In this document: positions 1 to 13,158 of the stretch, piece by piece
How the letters are laid out: each line of letters begins with the position of its first letter
How positions within the stretch are numbered: position 1 is the stretch's first letter
Assembly (NCBI RefSeq): GCF_001194135.2
Contig: NC_068994.1
Coordinates: 16,455,406-16,519,405, forward strand
Source of the DNA: Octopus bimaculoides
Lineage: Eukaryota
Length of the DNA stretch: 64,000 nucleotides
Reading direction: 5' to 3'
The notes under the pieces: model-generated
Told to the model about the DNA's origin: nothing
The model's database searches: none
Seen by the model: only the letters and a program-made list of their open reading frames with translations
Made by a program: the position numbers and the translations under genes

Positions 1-685
1 ATATATATATAAACAAGTACTATAATCCCCTTAGGATCTCAGAAAATCTTTTTCTGAACCAATCAACCATTCAAGGATATACTCGGTGAGACCAGCAACT
101 ACAAACTTGATCATCGACCAAATTGCAATCATAAAGCAACAACAAAACTATTAAAAAAAAAAGAAAAATTAAGGCGGTGCTCCAGCATGGCCACAGTCCA
201 ATGACTGAAACCATTAAAAGAATAAAGAATGTATTTGTGTGTGTATGTATGTATGTATTTGGGTGTGTGTGTATCAAAGACATGCACAGGCATGGCTGTG
301 TGGTTAAGAAACTTGTTTTGTAATCACATAGTTTCAGGTTCAGTCCCACTATGAGGAATCTATTGTGTGTGAGAAAGAGGGAAAGAGATATTTAGTTGCA
401 TCTCTTTGCCTTCGGAGTACCAGTCCTGTGAGGGTTCACTTTGTCTTTCATCTCCCTAGAGTTGATAAAATAAGTATTTGTCAACCACTGGGAGAGGGAT
501 TGAGTTAGCTATTTGTTCTGTCCCACCAAAATACCTAGCTTTTGCCATGCAAGAATCTTAGTGTGAAACAAGATGCATTGCAGTGTGTATTCATCGAGTC
601 CAAATCCTTCCAGTGTTGATGTAATCAACAAACCACCACCAACTCCTCCTCTTAAAATTGCTAGCCTTGCGCTTATATTAGAAAC

Positions 686-741
<56 letters not shown>

Positions 742-747
<6 letters not shown>

Positions 748-940
748 GCTGGCAGAATTGTTAGCATGCTGGACAAAGTATTCAATACCATTTCATGCTT
801 TGAGTTCAAATTCCACAGGTTTCAACTTTGCCTTTCATCCTTTTGGGGTTGATAAAACAAGTACCAGTCAAGTATTGGCATCTATATAATTAACCAGCCT
901 TCCTCTAAAAATTTCAAGCCTTATACCTATAGTAGAAAGG

Positions 941-1005
<65 letters not shown>

Positions 1006-1213
1006 GGAAATGAGGTGGCAGAATCATTAGCATGCCAGACAAATGCTTAGTAACATTTCATCCATTTTTACATTCTAAGTTTAAATTCTGCTAAGATCAG
1101 TTTTACCTTTTATCCTTTCAGGGTTATTAAAATAAGTACCAACTGAACACTGGGGGTCAATCTAATCGACTCATCCCACCTCCCCCAAGCTGCTCTTGTG
1201 GAAAAAAGTTGTA

Positions 1214-1311
<98 letters not shown>

Positions 1312-1524
1312 GGCAGCAAGCTGGCAGAATCATTAGCATGCTGGATTAAATGCTTAGTGGTATTTCATCTGCCTTGACATTCTGAGTTCAAATTGCACAG
1401 AGGTTGACTTTGCTTTTCATCCTTTCGGGGTCGATATATTAAGTACCAGTGAAACATTGGGGTCAATGTAATCAACTAGTCCCCTCCCACCAAAATATCA
1501 GGCCTTGTGCTTTTAGTAGAAAGA

Positions 1525-1572
<48 letters not shown>

Positions 1573-2021
1573 GTGGCGAGCTGGCAGAATTGTTAGCATG
1601 CTGGACAAAATGCTTAGTGGTATTTTGCCCATCACTATGTTCTGAGTACAAATTCCGCCAAGGTTGACTTTGCCTGTCATCTTTTCAGGATCAATAGATT
1701 AGGTACCAGTGAGACACTGGGGCCAATGTAATTGACTAGTTCCCTCTCCCCAAATTTCAGGCCTTGTGCCTTTAGTAGAAATTATTATTATTATTATTAT
1801 GGTAGTGAGCTGAAAGAATCATTAGTGCATTGGACAAGGTGCATTGCAGCATTTCTTCTGGCTTTTGGCTTTACAATCTGAGTTCAAAATTCATTGAGGT
1901 CAGCTTCACTTTCATCCTTTTGGGGTCAATAAATCAAGTACCAGTTAAGCACTGGGGTTGATGTAATCGACTATCCCTCTCCTCGAAAATTTAAGGTCTT
2001 GTGTATCTCATAGAAAGGATT

Positions 2022-2050
<29 letters not shown>
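742..2050 (+). mobile_element. Head-to-tail array of about 5 tRNA-derived CORE-like SINEs separated by (ATT)n
   Basis: Repeated roughly 200-bp unit AGCTGGCAGAAT..TTAGCA..GAGTTCAAATTC..CTTTGCCTTTCATCCTT..GATAAAATAAGTACCAG..GTAGAAAGG(ATT)n. Confidence 0.85.
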
Positions 2051-2055
<5 letters not shown>

Positions 2056-2518
2056 GTATTATTATTATTATTGATTTTCAACTTACTGCAGTGAATAAAC
2101 AGTCATAATTGTACCAGATATTAATGGAGAAGTTACTATAGATCAAGGTCTTTACAGATAATAACAGTAAACAGATGTAATATTTTCAAATTAACACCAA
2201 GCTTATATCAATAACGTTTTATTGTGTCTGTGTGTAGCATTTTATGCTAAACATAATTACAGGTTTCCCTTGTTAATGGTTTTTTAATTAAACAGTATTA
2301 AATATAGGAGGTATGGCTCTGTGGTAAGAAGTTTTTTCCCAACCACATGGTTTCATGTTCAATTTCACTGTGTGGTACCTTGGGCAAGTGTTTTCTATTT
2401 TAGCCCCAGAGTAGCCTTGTGAATGGATTTGGTAATCAGAAACTGAAAGAAGACTAGAGATAGATAGATAAAACTTACTTGGAAGTGGATGTGTGGCGTT
2501 CAATCATATAATAATATA

Positions 2519-2549
<31 letters not shown>

Positions 2550-3989
2550 NNNNNNNNNNNNNNNNNNNNNNNNNNNNNNNNNNNNNNNNNNNNNNNNNNN
2601 NNNNNNNNNNNNNNNNNNNNNNNNNNNNNNNNNNNNNNNNNNNNNNNNNNNNNNNNNNNNNNNNNNNNNNNNNNNNNNNNNNNNNNNNNNNNNNNNNNNN
2701 NNNNNNNNNNNNNNNNNNNNNNNNNNNNNNNNNNNNNNNNNNNNNNNNNNNNNNNNNNNNNNNNNNNNNNNNGTCATAAAGACTCTATACCAGTGGATAG
2801 ACTAAAAAAAAGGCCTTCATAGAGAAAACTGTCCCTATTCCCACTGCAGACAACACACACACAGCATTACAAACATGGCCCACACACCCACCTTCACATT
2901 CCATGACTACCATTGGGATCGATCAAGTACTGGACAAGGATTCTGGATTATTTTTCCGTTTTTTTTTTACTTAATTTTTGAGAGTGGTTGGGTTCATTTT
3001 TAATATTCTCGTTTGTGAGAGCAGTCAAGTTTATTTCAGATATTCTCATTTTAAAAATCATCTTCGGCTAATCATTGAAAGGATGTTGGTGTTGCTTTGG
3101 CATAGGTTTGCACTCTGAGTGCTCTTGTTATTATTATTATCATCATCTCTGCCTTTTATCCTTCTAGGGTCAGTAAAATATAAGTAGTTGCCAAGTACTG
3201 GCTATGATAAAATAAAAAATTTCCTCCTGACCTCATATGTGTTGTCTTGGAATCTCTGCCTCTGTTAGAAATTATGCTTCAGTGAAATAGAAGTTCCTCT
3301 CCTACTTCATAGTGAAAAGGTTTAAAATAAAAAAGGGCCTCCAACTCTAAATACATTTGTCCAACAAGAGAAAGAGAAATATTTTTTATTAAAAATAAAG
3401 CCATTATTATCATTGTTATTATTTTGGCAAGCTGGCAGAATTGTTAGCATGCCAGACAGAATACTTAGTGGCATGTTGTCTGTCTTTACATTCTAAGTTC
3501 AAATTCTGCCAAGGTCAACTTTGCATTTCATCTGTTCATAGTTGAAGTAAGTACCAGTTGAACACTGGGTTTCATGTAATCAACTAGCTCCTTCCCACAA
3601 AATTTCAAGCTTTGTGCCACTGAGATACAACTATACAAACCCCAGTATACCCATCATGACTACTCGTCTGATAAGGGTCGAAATGTATATTGGTGTATTG
3701 CTTAGCGAATTACTGTAGGGAAATAGGCCTGAATGAGATACAAAGTACAACATACAAATAAAGGACAGGTGGGATGTAGACTAATGTTGAAGACATTGTC
3801 AGATGCCCACATGATGCTAAGGGGCAGTGGGGGGTCTCATACAACCTAGGAAAGTTCCAAAATAGAACTAAGAAAAAGATTTCTCAAGGAATTCTTCCTC
3901 ACTGGGAAGACTAGATTGCTTATCCTTCTCTAAGACCAAAGTGGCCCCTTGCTTACATTTTTCTTTAACCAACATGGCTGTACCCAAAG

Positions 3990-5760
3990 TGAGATGTATA
4001 ACATATACATGACCTGGTTTAGAAACTACACTAACTCGTGCAAAAATAGGTCACTTGCTCAATGATCTCCTGTGATTAGACATTAGTGTGTTAGCCATTA
4101 GTAAGACCAAACTTTCTAGAACTCGTGTTCATTTTTGACTACTATGTGACATATGCACCACTTACTCACCCTGGATTGGATGGCAAGGTGGTAGTGTAGT
4201 TTTAGAAAGATTTTGCATTCCAAACTACAAATGACCTTCTAGGTCCCAGATGGTAAGTTTGGTACTGGACATGAACAGCTATAAGATAGCATATTCAGAC
4301 TAATGACCTTCTATCCTCCAACAAAGGTAGACCAGCTAGTATTTCTTCAAGGGTCTAGAAAAAGCCTTGGTAACTTCCCCAGTTTTTAGCAAGAGTAGGA
4401 GATTGGAAAAGCATTTTAGATGGAAGCTGGGTTTGTGTAGGGTTAAGCAATAGGAGAGTGGGTATAAAAGCCTTGCAAACCTTCTCAGATAGTTTCAACT
4501 GTTTGACAAGTACTGATTAGATTTCCTAAATGCAGTGTGGATGTGGAGCAACCACATCAAGTCATCTGGGTTGTATCTCGATAGGATATATTGCTAGGTC
4601 AGCTACCTAGTAAAGCAGAAGTTATAGACATTTATCTGGTTATTTTACTCTGGATGCATCATTCCAGGCACATAAAATTTACTGTGACCAGCTTAACAAA
4701 TTAGCTAAATGGCAGTTAAGAGAGCTATTGGCAATAACTAGTGGTGCATCACTCTAAGGAGGATTACTATAGAGAACTGATAAATTTAGCAAAGAAGTAG
4801 CAGTAGAGATATATAGATTAAAGGGGGAGCTTGTGAGTAAATTAGAAGAGACAATTAGGAAAGGAATTGCAACCAGTGAGCTAGCTTTTGGCTATTTCTT
4901 TAATGTGAAGCACTAAAGGTTGATTTATCAAAGCGAAAGTGTGCTCTTAGACACAAGAGAATGAAAGCTGTTCAATGTGTTTGGCATAGCAATAAATCCA
5001 CAATTTACTTTTTGATTGACTGTGACAAGCATATACTCTACAATTCCAGGCAAATGGGTGCAGCTTTCCAGCAGTACCTTCTTTAACTGTTTGGAACAAA
5101 CAATGGATCAGAAAATGAATGGACTGGTGTGACTGTTGCAGCTTGTGATAAACAGGCTGGTACTTGTGGTTGAAAAAGTGCAGAGTTATATGATCTTTGA
5201 TCTATCCATGACCTCATGCAATATGCCATAGAGAGTTGGGTAACAAACATGGCTTCAATGGACCTCTGATCAATTTTGATGAGGTCCAAGCATCATTATT
5301 TAATGTCACTACTCAGTGCAGCCTGTCTTGGTTCCATTTTGAGAGCCTGGTTCATTTCAGTTTATAGAACGCCTGCTCAGTGGACAGATTATATGGCCAC
5401 CTATCAGAATCATTTTAAATCACAAGCATGTCCTCTCTCATGTTTTTTTTTGTTATGTTTTTGGTGTGGTGGGGTAGAAACTAAAGGTTTTTAAATGCAC
5501 CCCACTAGGACTGGAACATAAGAGAACACTGTTAGCAGCCATAATTGTATCAGATACCACCGATGGTTAGCACCTTCCTGACAATATGTGGCAATGATGG
5601 GAGCAATAATTAACCTAGGCAAATGTATGAGTTTTCAGTTCAGTATCTGGAGATGAAAGTTATGTGACTGGCCAGTATCATAACCTGCTGAACTGATGGA
5701 CAAATTAAGCTGCTTGGGGTCTGGATAGGAACTGAGATGAGGTTATGAGTAGACTAATTT
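3990..5760 (+). mobile_element. Heavily decayed L1/Tx1-clade LINE (APE endonuclease and RT remnants)
   Basis: Broken frames give LDISVLAISKTKL, PDGK..VLD and AFRL (APE-like), and LMQYAIERV..GPLIN..HHYLMSLLSAACLGSILRAWFISVY (RT-like). Many stops and frameshifts. Confidence 0.55.
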
Positions 5761-7264
5761 CACTCAGAAATTGGTTAAGAGGAAGTTATAACCATCAAAT
5801 GTTTGTCAAAGAAAGCAAATGCATCATCACCATTATAGATTGATTTCAAATTTTGGCACAAAGCCAGCAATTTCAGGTGAGGAGGGGGGGTTAAGTCAGT
5901 TACATCGACCCCATTGTTCAACTGGTACTTATTTTATTGATCCCGAAAAGATCAAAGGCAAAGTCAACCTCAACAGAATTTGAACTCAAACCATAAAGAC
6001 AGATAAAATGCTGTTTAGCATTTTGCCCAGTATGTTAAGGATTCTGACAGCTTGCTGCTTTACCACCATTATATACTACCTCCTGATTGTTGAGCTTTTC
6101 CCAATTCTTGTTTTCCTAAATCAGAATGTCTGCTCTTTTACTGCATATGGAAAGGTGTTCCATTGGTCAGGCAATTTATCTGCCAACCCCCTCTGCATAC
6201 CGATTTTAACTCTCTGTTAAATGCTAAGTTACTGGACATAAAAGTCACAATATTAACATCAGTTTTCTAAACCAGTGTAAGCATAAATACAGTTACACAC
6301 AATATACCCATATACAATGGGCTTCTACACAGTTTCCCCTCTACCGAATTCCATTTGCGATATATTGATTAACCCAGAGACGGTGAGTTAACAGAATCAT
6401 TAGCACACCAGCTGAAATGCTTAGCAGTATTTCTTCCAACTTTGCCTTTCATCTTTTTGGGGTTGATAAAATAAGTACCAGTTGAGGACTTGGATCAACT
6501 TAATCAGCTCAGCCCCTCCCTCAAAACTGATGGCCTTGTACCAAAATTTGAAACCAACATATTGTTTAACTGAAGGCTATAACAGAAGACATGTGCTAAA
6601 GATATTTCAAGCTTGGATCAAACCCAGAACCACATGGTTGTAAAGTTAAATTCTTAGCTGCACAATCATATCATGTTCAGTATATGAAATAATCTCTGAA
6701 GAATGTCTGCTGTATCTAGAACTAGAAATTCTACAAGCCAACATAGGAGCATTTATATGGTTGCTGCTTGACTTACTAGAAATAGCAGCAAAATCTCCCT
6801 CAAATCATATCTATCGTGAAAAAGGAGGGACTGATTAGATGATATGATCCCTGATATAGAAAAAGATGGGGTGGTCACAGAAAATCAAGGCTGACTTTGG
6901 ACTAAACAACAGCTAGACATTCTTTAGTGTATGTATGTGTATTTGAAATGCTAGGACTTCTGATGTCTGATCTCTCATGGTAACCTGCATATAATGCTAA
7001 AAATTAGCCATGATGGAACATTGCCTTGAAGGGTTTAGTCAAACAAAATGGCTTCTTTTTATTTACTCTAAGCCTTGTACTTATTCTATTGGCCCCTTGT
7101 TGCTGAACTGCTAAGTTATGGGGGTGCAAACAAACCAACACCAGTAATCTATTAGTGATGGGGACAGACATATAGATACATATGTACATGTATGCCTGGC
7201 AGTCGCCATGATAGATCGCTGACCACAACATTTAAATTTTTTTCTCCTTGTTTTTCTCCTTATT

Positions 7265-7301
7265 TCTTTCTGTTGAAGAGCGTAGCTCGAAACTTTAAAG
7301 A
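7265..7301 (+). ncRNA. Degenerate minimal hammerhead, same family as 17470
   Basis: TCTTT-CTGTTGA-A-GAGC-GTA-GCTC-GAAA-CTTT-AAAGA. Stem I has 5 bp, but the core A6 is mutated. Confidence 0.45.
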
Positions 7302-7402
7302 CTTTCCTATTCCCGAGCGTTAAACTAATATATCCTTTTGTTGTTTACACCACCTGTCCTCATCTGTTGTTGTTTTTTTCGTAAATTCTCCCATATATAT
7401 AT

Positions 7403-7435
<33 letters not shown>

Positions 7436-8810
7436 ATGATGGCCGTGTTTCAGTTTCTATCTACCAAATCCTATCACAAGGCTTTGGTCAGCCCAGGGCT
7501 ATAGTAGAAGACATTTGTCCAAGGGTCACAAAATGAACTGAATCCAGAACCATGTAGTTGAGATGTAAACTCCTTACCATACAGCCACAAATTTTATAAA
7601 ACATTTGTTTTGTTAAAGCTCATTCAGAATTTTGTATTATTTTCTGGATGTTTTTTGTAGTATTTTCTGAGTGTTTTTTTTTAAATAAGAAATATCATCA
7701 TGATAAAGTAACGTGATCTGTCCTACAATTTAACACCAATGCTAAATAACACCTCGTTATATTACCCTTGGCTTATACCCAGCTTAAAAAGTCAGGTTTA
7801 ATACAAATAATTTTTTTCAATTATTATAAACATTGGAGAAAAAAAGACCAAAGCAAACAAGCCAAAGCAACTGGATAAAATAATAGTGATGGTTGTGTCA
7901 GTATGCAGCAATTCATGCTGGAGTATTATTCAATGAAAATTCAATTCAATGTGGATTGTTTTCTGCAGACAGAGACTTTATCTGCTGCAGTCTGAAAGTA
8001 ATCCTTCAGCTCTGTTTCTTAATGTGTGATAGCATTTAATCAATAATGCCAACATCAGAGTGGAAGAACTAGAGTGTCTTGCAACCACACCAGGCTGCAA
8101 TAGGCTGTAATATTTGGTGAAATGCATATAGGAAAAGTTATGTAACCATTCTCACATGATAAGCTTGTTGGCTGTGTGTGTGTGTGTGTGTCTGTCTCTA
8201 TTTTCTTTTATTTATTTTGGTCATTGGTCTGCAGCCATGATGGGGCTCTGTCTTAAAGGATCAAGTCAAACAAATCAACCCCAGGTTTTTTTTTTTTTTC
8301 TTTATAAACCTGGTACTTATTCTATCAGACATTTTTGCAGAACCGCTAAGTTACTGGGGACATAAACAAACCAGTACCGGTTATTAAGCAGGAGAGATGG
8401 AAACAGGCACAAAGACATACGCACAAACATATCTTTTATCTTTTACTTGTTGCAGTAATTTGACTGTGGCCATGCTGGGGCATCGCCTTGAAGGGTTTAG
8501 TTGGACAAATCAACTCCAAGACTTGTTTTTAAGCCTAGTACTTATTTTATCGGTGTCTTTTGCCGAACTGCTAAGTTGCAAGAACATAAACACACCAACA
8601 CTGGTTATCAAGCAGTGGTGGGAGACAGACTGACAGACAGACACACACACAGATTTATATGTGTGGCTGTGTGGTAAGATGTTTGCTTCCTAACCACACA
8701 GTTCTGGGCTCAGTCCCACTCGTGGCACCTTGGGCAAGTGTCTTCTACTTATGGCCTTGGGCCGACCAAAGCCTTGTGAGTGGATTTGCTAAATAGAAAC
8801 TAAAAGAAGC

Positions 8811-8850
<40 letters not shown>

Positions 8851-9847
8851 NNNNNNNNNNNNNNNNNNNNNNNNNNNNNNNNNNNNNNNNNNNNNNNNNN
8901 NNNNNNNNNNNNNNNNNNNNNNNNNNNNNNNNNNNNNNNNNNNNNNNNNNNNNNNNNNNNNNNNNNNNNNNNNNNNNNNNNNNNNNNNNNNNNNNNNNNN
9001 NNNNNNNNNNNNNNNNNNNNNNNNNNNNNNNNNNNNNNNNNNNNNNNNNNNNNNNNNNNNNNNNNNNNNNNNNNNNNNNNNNNNNNNNNNNNNNNNNNNN
9101 NNNNNNNNNNNNNNNNNNNNNNNNNNNNNNNNNNNNNNNNNNNNNNNNNNNNNNNNNNNNNNNNNNNNNNNNNNNNNNNNNNNNNNNNNNNNNNNNNNNN
9201 NNNNNNNNNNNNNNNNNNNNNNNNNNNNNNNNNNNNNNNNNNNNNNNNNNNNNNNNNNNNNNNNNNNNNNNNNNNNNNNNNNNNNNNNNNNNNNNNNNNN
9301 NNNNNNNNNNNNNNNNNNNNNNNNNNNNNNNNNNNNNNNNNNNNNNNNNNNNNNNNNNNNNNNNNNNNNNNNNNNNNNNNNNNNNNNNNNNNNNNNNNNN
9401 NNNNNNNNNNNNNNNNNNNNNNNNNNNNNNNNNNNNNNNNNNNNNNNNNNNNNNNNNNNNNNNNNNNNNNNNNNNNNNNNNNNNNNNNNNNNNNNNNNNN
9501 NNNNNNNNNNNNNNNNNNNNNNNNNNNNNNNNNNNNNNNNNNNNNNNNNNNNNNNNNNNNNNNNNNNNNNNNNNNNNNNNNNNNNNNNNNNNNNNNNNNN
9601 NNNNNNNNNNNNNNNNNNNNNNNNNNNNNNNNNNNNNNNNNNNNNNNNNNNNNNNNNNNNNNNNNNNNNNNNNNNNNNNNNNNNNNNNNNNNNNNNNNNN
9701 NNNNNNNNNNNNNNNNNNNNNNNNNNNNNNNNNNNNNNNNNNNNNNNNNNNNNNNNNNNNNNNNNNNNNNNNNNNNNNNNNNNNNNNNNNNNNNNNNNNN
9801 NNNNNNNNNNNNNNNNNNNNNNNNNNNNNNNNNNNNNNNNNNNNNNN

Positions 9848-9892
<45 letters not shown>

Positions 9893-10552
9893 AGGATATA
9901 ATTTAATTAAAATATTGAGATTGTATGTGTGAATAAATTGTAAATTAGTCAACATGCATATGTTTATTCACACAGCAAGATTAAATGTATATCTATTAGG
10001 CTCTTCTCCTCTTATGTTCCTTTGTTTTGTAAGTTACATGGTAACCTTATTTGTGCCTCTTAACACTAATCACTTTGTAAAGTGACTGGTGTTAGGAGGG
10101 GCATTCAGCCATCGGAACTATACCAAAGATGACATTGGAGCTCAGTGCATCGCAACAGTTCCCTGTGAAATTATCCTACCCATACTAGCATAGAAAGCAG
10201 ATGTTAAATGATAATGACAATGATACTGGTCTTAATAGTAGTTTGATTCAACTTGAAGTTTCATGGGTATAGCATATGTTAGATACATGCAACTCCAACC
10301 AATGTATTGAGTACTACTTTTTTCATTTGTTCACTCATATATATATATATATATATATATATAACTCCAAGAGAGTTAGAGGTTGTGAATCCAACCAACT
10401 AAAGGATAATATCTATCCAATATACTGCTGGTAGAATACCCAATTATTAATACACCCAATTATTAATACACAAGTGTTTTTTCATTGCATGGCAATTACA
10501 TTACCGAGTGTAATAAATGGGTGAGGGTAAAAAGTTGTTTTACCCTTAGTTT

Positions 10553-10940
10553 ATACGGCAGTAAGAAAATGGAGGGGATCAAGAGGTGGTATTCATCAAC
10601 TTTTAGACATTATATTATGTCTATTTATCTTTTAAAAAAACCATTATATCAATTTTCACATACATGTATAACATATTATGCTTTACATATATAATATATA
10701 AAAATACCAGTAATTATTAAAATATATAACATAGAGCATAGGAAGTAGAATACATTATATATTTTAATAATTACTGGTATTTTTATATTTTTATATATTA
10801 TATATGTAAAGCATAATATGTTATACATGTATGTATATTGTTATAATGGGTTTTTTTTAAATAAATAAATAGACATAATATAATGTCTAAAAGTTGATGA
10901 ATACCACCTCTTGATCCCCTCCATTTTCTTATTGTTGTAT
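10553..10940. repeat. Long imperfect inverted repeat (arms about 175 bp, loop about 25 nt)
   Basis: AAGAAAATGGAGGGGATCAAGAGGTGGTATTCATCAACTTTTAGACATTATATTATGTC.. is mirrored at 10870-10930, and the inner arms meet at 10729/10755. Confidence 0.9.
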
Positions 10941-10982
10941 ATATGTTTATATATATATATTTATATATATATATATATATCT

Positions 10983-11135
10983 ACACTCTCAGAGTGGTTG
11001 GCGTTAGGAAGGGCATCCAGCTGTAGAAGCTCTGCCAAATCAGACTGGAACTTGGTGTAGCCATCTGGTTCACCAGTCCTCAGTCAAATCGTCCAACCCA
11101 TGCTAGCATGGAAAGCGGGCATTAAACGAGGTGAT
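10983..11135 (+). mobile_element. SINE fragment with the AGGAAGGGCATCCAGC motif and a (GAT)n tail; copies at about 10080, 13750, 16275, 24740, 28310 and 50170(-)
   Basis: The recurrent motif GGAGTGGTTGGCGTTAGGAAGGGCATCCAGCTGTAGAA resembles the Meta-type SINE domain (from memory, unverified). Confidence 0.6.
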
Positions 11136-11840
11136 GATATATAAAACATGAGGATAGAAGTTAACATGTTTTAACAGTGGATCGTAGGGTGCAGAAACGT
11201 CTGTTATGATCCACTCTTAAAGCCTGTTAACTTCCATGCTCGTGTATAGAGTGTTCCACTCACACTTGTGAAATTGTGGTTTCAATTCCTAGACCAGGTG
11301 GTGTCTTGTGTTCTTGAACAAAACACTTCATCTCACATTGTCCTGCGATCACTTCAACACCTGGCGTGTGGTACACTATGTACCTGTTCAGGCAGGGAGT
11401 GGGCTAATGTACAGCACATACATTTTGATCACTATAAACAAATCATTTGTGCAAGTCATTCAGCTAGAAGCTAAACATTCATACGTTGTCAAAAATGAGT
11501 TCTGCATGTATACCCTTACCTGGAAATACCCTTAGATATAACAATATGTGGCAGCCACACAGCAGCATAAGAGCTCTTAAACACACATTATGAGGTTTTT
11601 ACCCCAAATACACTAAACATATATACATATGTATATATAAGTGCAGACATGCCATGGTTGAGGAGCTTACTTCCCGATCATGTTGTCTTGGGGTCAGTGC
11701 CACTGTGCAACACCTTGGGCAAATAGATATCTTATAGTATGACCCTGGGCTGGCCAAAGACTTGTGAGCAGGTTTGGCAGACAAAAGCTGAAAGAAGCTC
11801 ATTGTAAATATATATGTATACTCTGTTACTCTCTCTCTCT

Positions 11841-12237
11841 TACTTGTTTCAGTCATTTGACTGTGGCCATGCTGGAGCACCGCCTTTAGTCGAGCAAATC
11901 AACCCCAGGACTTATTCTTTGTAAGCCTAGTACTTATTCTATCGGTCTCTTTTGCCGAACCGCTAAGTTACAGGGACGTAAACACACCAGCATTGGTTGT
12001 CAAGTGATGTTGGGGCACAAGCACAGACACACAAACATACACACACACACATACATATATATATACATATACATATATATGACGGGCTTCTTTCAGTTTC
12101 CATCTACCAAACCCACTCACAAGGCTTTGGTCAGCCCGAGGCTATAGTAGAAGACACTTGCCCAAGGTGCCACGCAGTGGGACTGAACCCAGAGCCATGT
12201 GGTTGGTAAGCAAGCTACTTACCACACAGCCACTCCT
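11841..12237 (-). mobile_element. Full-length tRNA-headed SINE with an internal CA/TA microsatellite (family B)
   Basis: Head GGAGTGGCTGTGTGGTAAG..GGTTCAGTCCCACTG, body GGCACCTTGGGCAAGTG..GGAAACTGAAAGAAGCCC, then a microsatellite, then a tail ending GACTGAAACAAGTA. Confidence 0.85.
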
Positions 12238-13100
12238 ATGTGTATATAAATATAAACAAACTAACATTTGTTTTTTTTTATAAGCATTGAAATGTGTATT
12301 GTACGATACAATTAGNNNNNNNNNNNNNNNNNNNNNNNNNNNNNNNNNNNNNNNNNNNNNNNNNNNNNNNNNNNNNNNNNNNNNNNNNNNNNNNNNNNNN
12401 NNNNNNNNNNNNNNNNNNNNNNNNNNNNNNNNNNNNNNNNNNNNNNNNNNNNNNNNNNNNNNNNNNNNNNNNNNNNNNNNNNNNNNNNNNNNNNNNNNNN
12501 NNNNNNNNNNNNNNNNNNNNNNNNNNNNNNNNNNNNNNNNNNNNNNNNNNNNNNNNNNNNNNNNNNNNNNNNNNNNNNNNNNNNNNNNNNNNNNNNNNNN
12601 NNNNNNNNNNNNNNNNNNNNNNNNNNNNNNNNNNNNNNNNNNNNNNNNNNNNNNNNNNNNNNNNNNNNNNNNNNNNNNNNNNNNNNNNNNNNNNNNNNNN
12701 NNNNNNNNNNNNNNNNNNNNNNNNNNNNNNNNNNNNNNNNNNNNNNNNNNNNNNNNNNNNNNNNNNNNNNNNNNNNNNNNNNNNNNNNNNNNNNNNNNNN
12801 NNNNNNNNNNNNNNNNNNNNNNNNNNNNNNNNNNNNNNNNNNNNNNNNNNNNNNNNNNNNNNNNNNNNNNNNNNNNNNNNNNNNNNNNNNNNNNNNNNNN
12901 NNNNNNNNNNNNNNNNNNNNNNNNNNNNNNNNNNNNNNNNNNNNNNNNNNNNNNNNNNNNNNNNNNNNNNNNNNNNNNNNNNNNNNNNNNNNNNNNNNNN
13001 NNNNNNNNNNNNNNNNNNNNNNNNNNNNNNNNNNNNNNNNNNNNNNNNNNNNNNNNNNNNNNNNNNNNNNNNNNNNNNNNNNNNNNNNNNNNNNNNNNNN

Positions 13101-13158
<58 letters not shown>

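Noticed and set aside
742-2050. Repeat-spacer-like periodicity suggesting CRISPR (also the 17-bp array at 51489)
   Set aside because: The units are roughly 200-bp SINEs separated by ATT microsatellites, or directly abutting minisatellite units. There are no unique spacers or cas genes, and the context is eukaryotic.
11145-11235. Imperfect 37-bp inverted repeat whose centre contains stem II-GAAACGTC and TAACA/TGTTA pairing
   Set aside because: The CTGANGA core is absent, so it cannot be called a hammerhead. At most a deleted relic.
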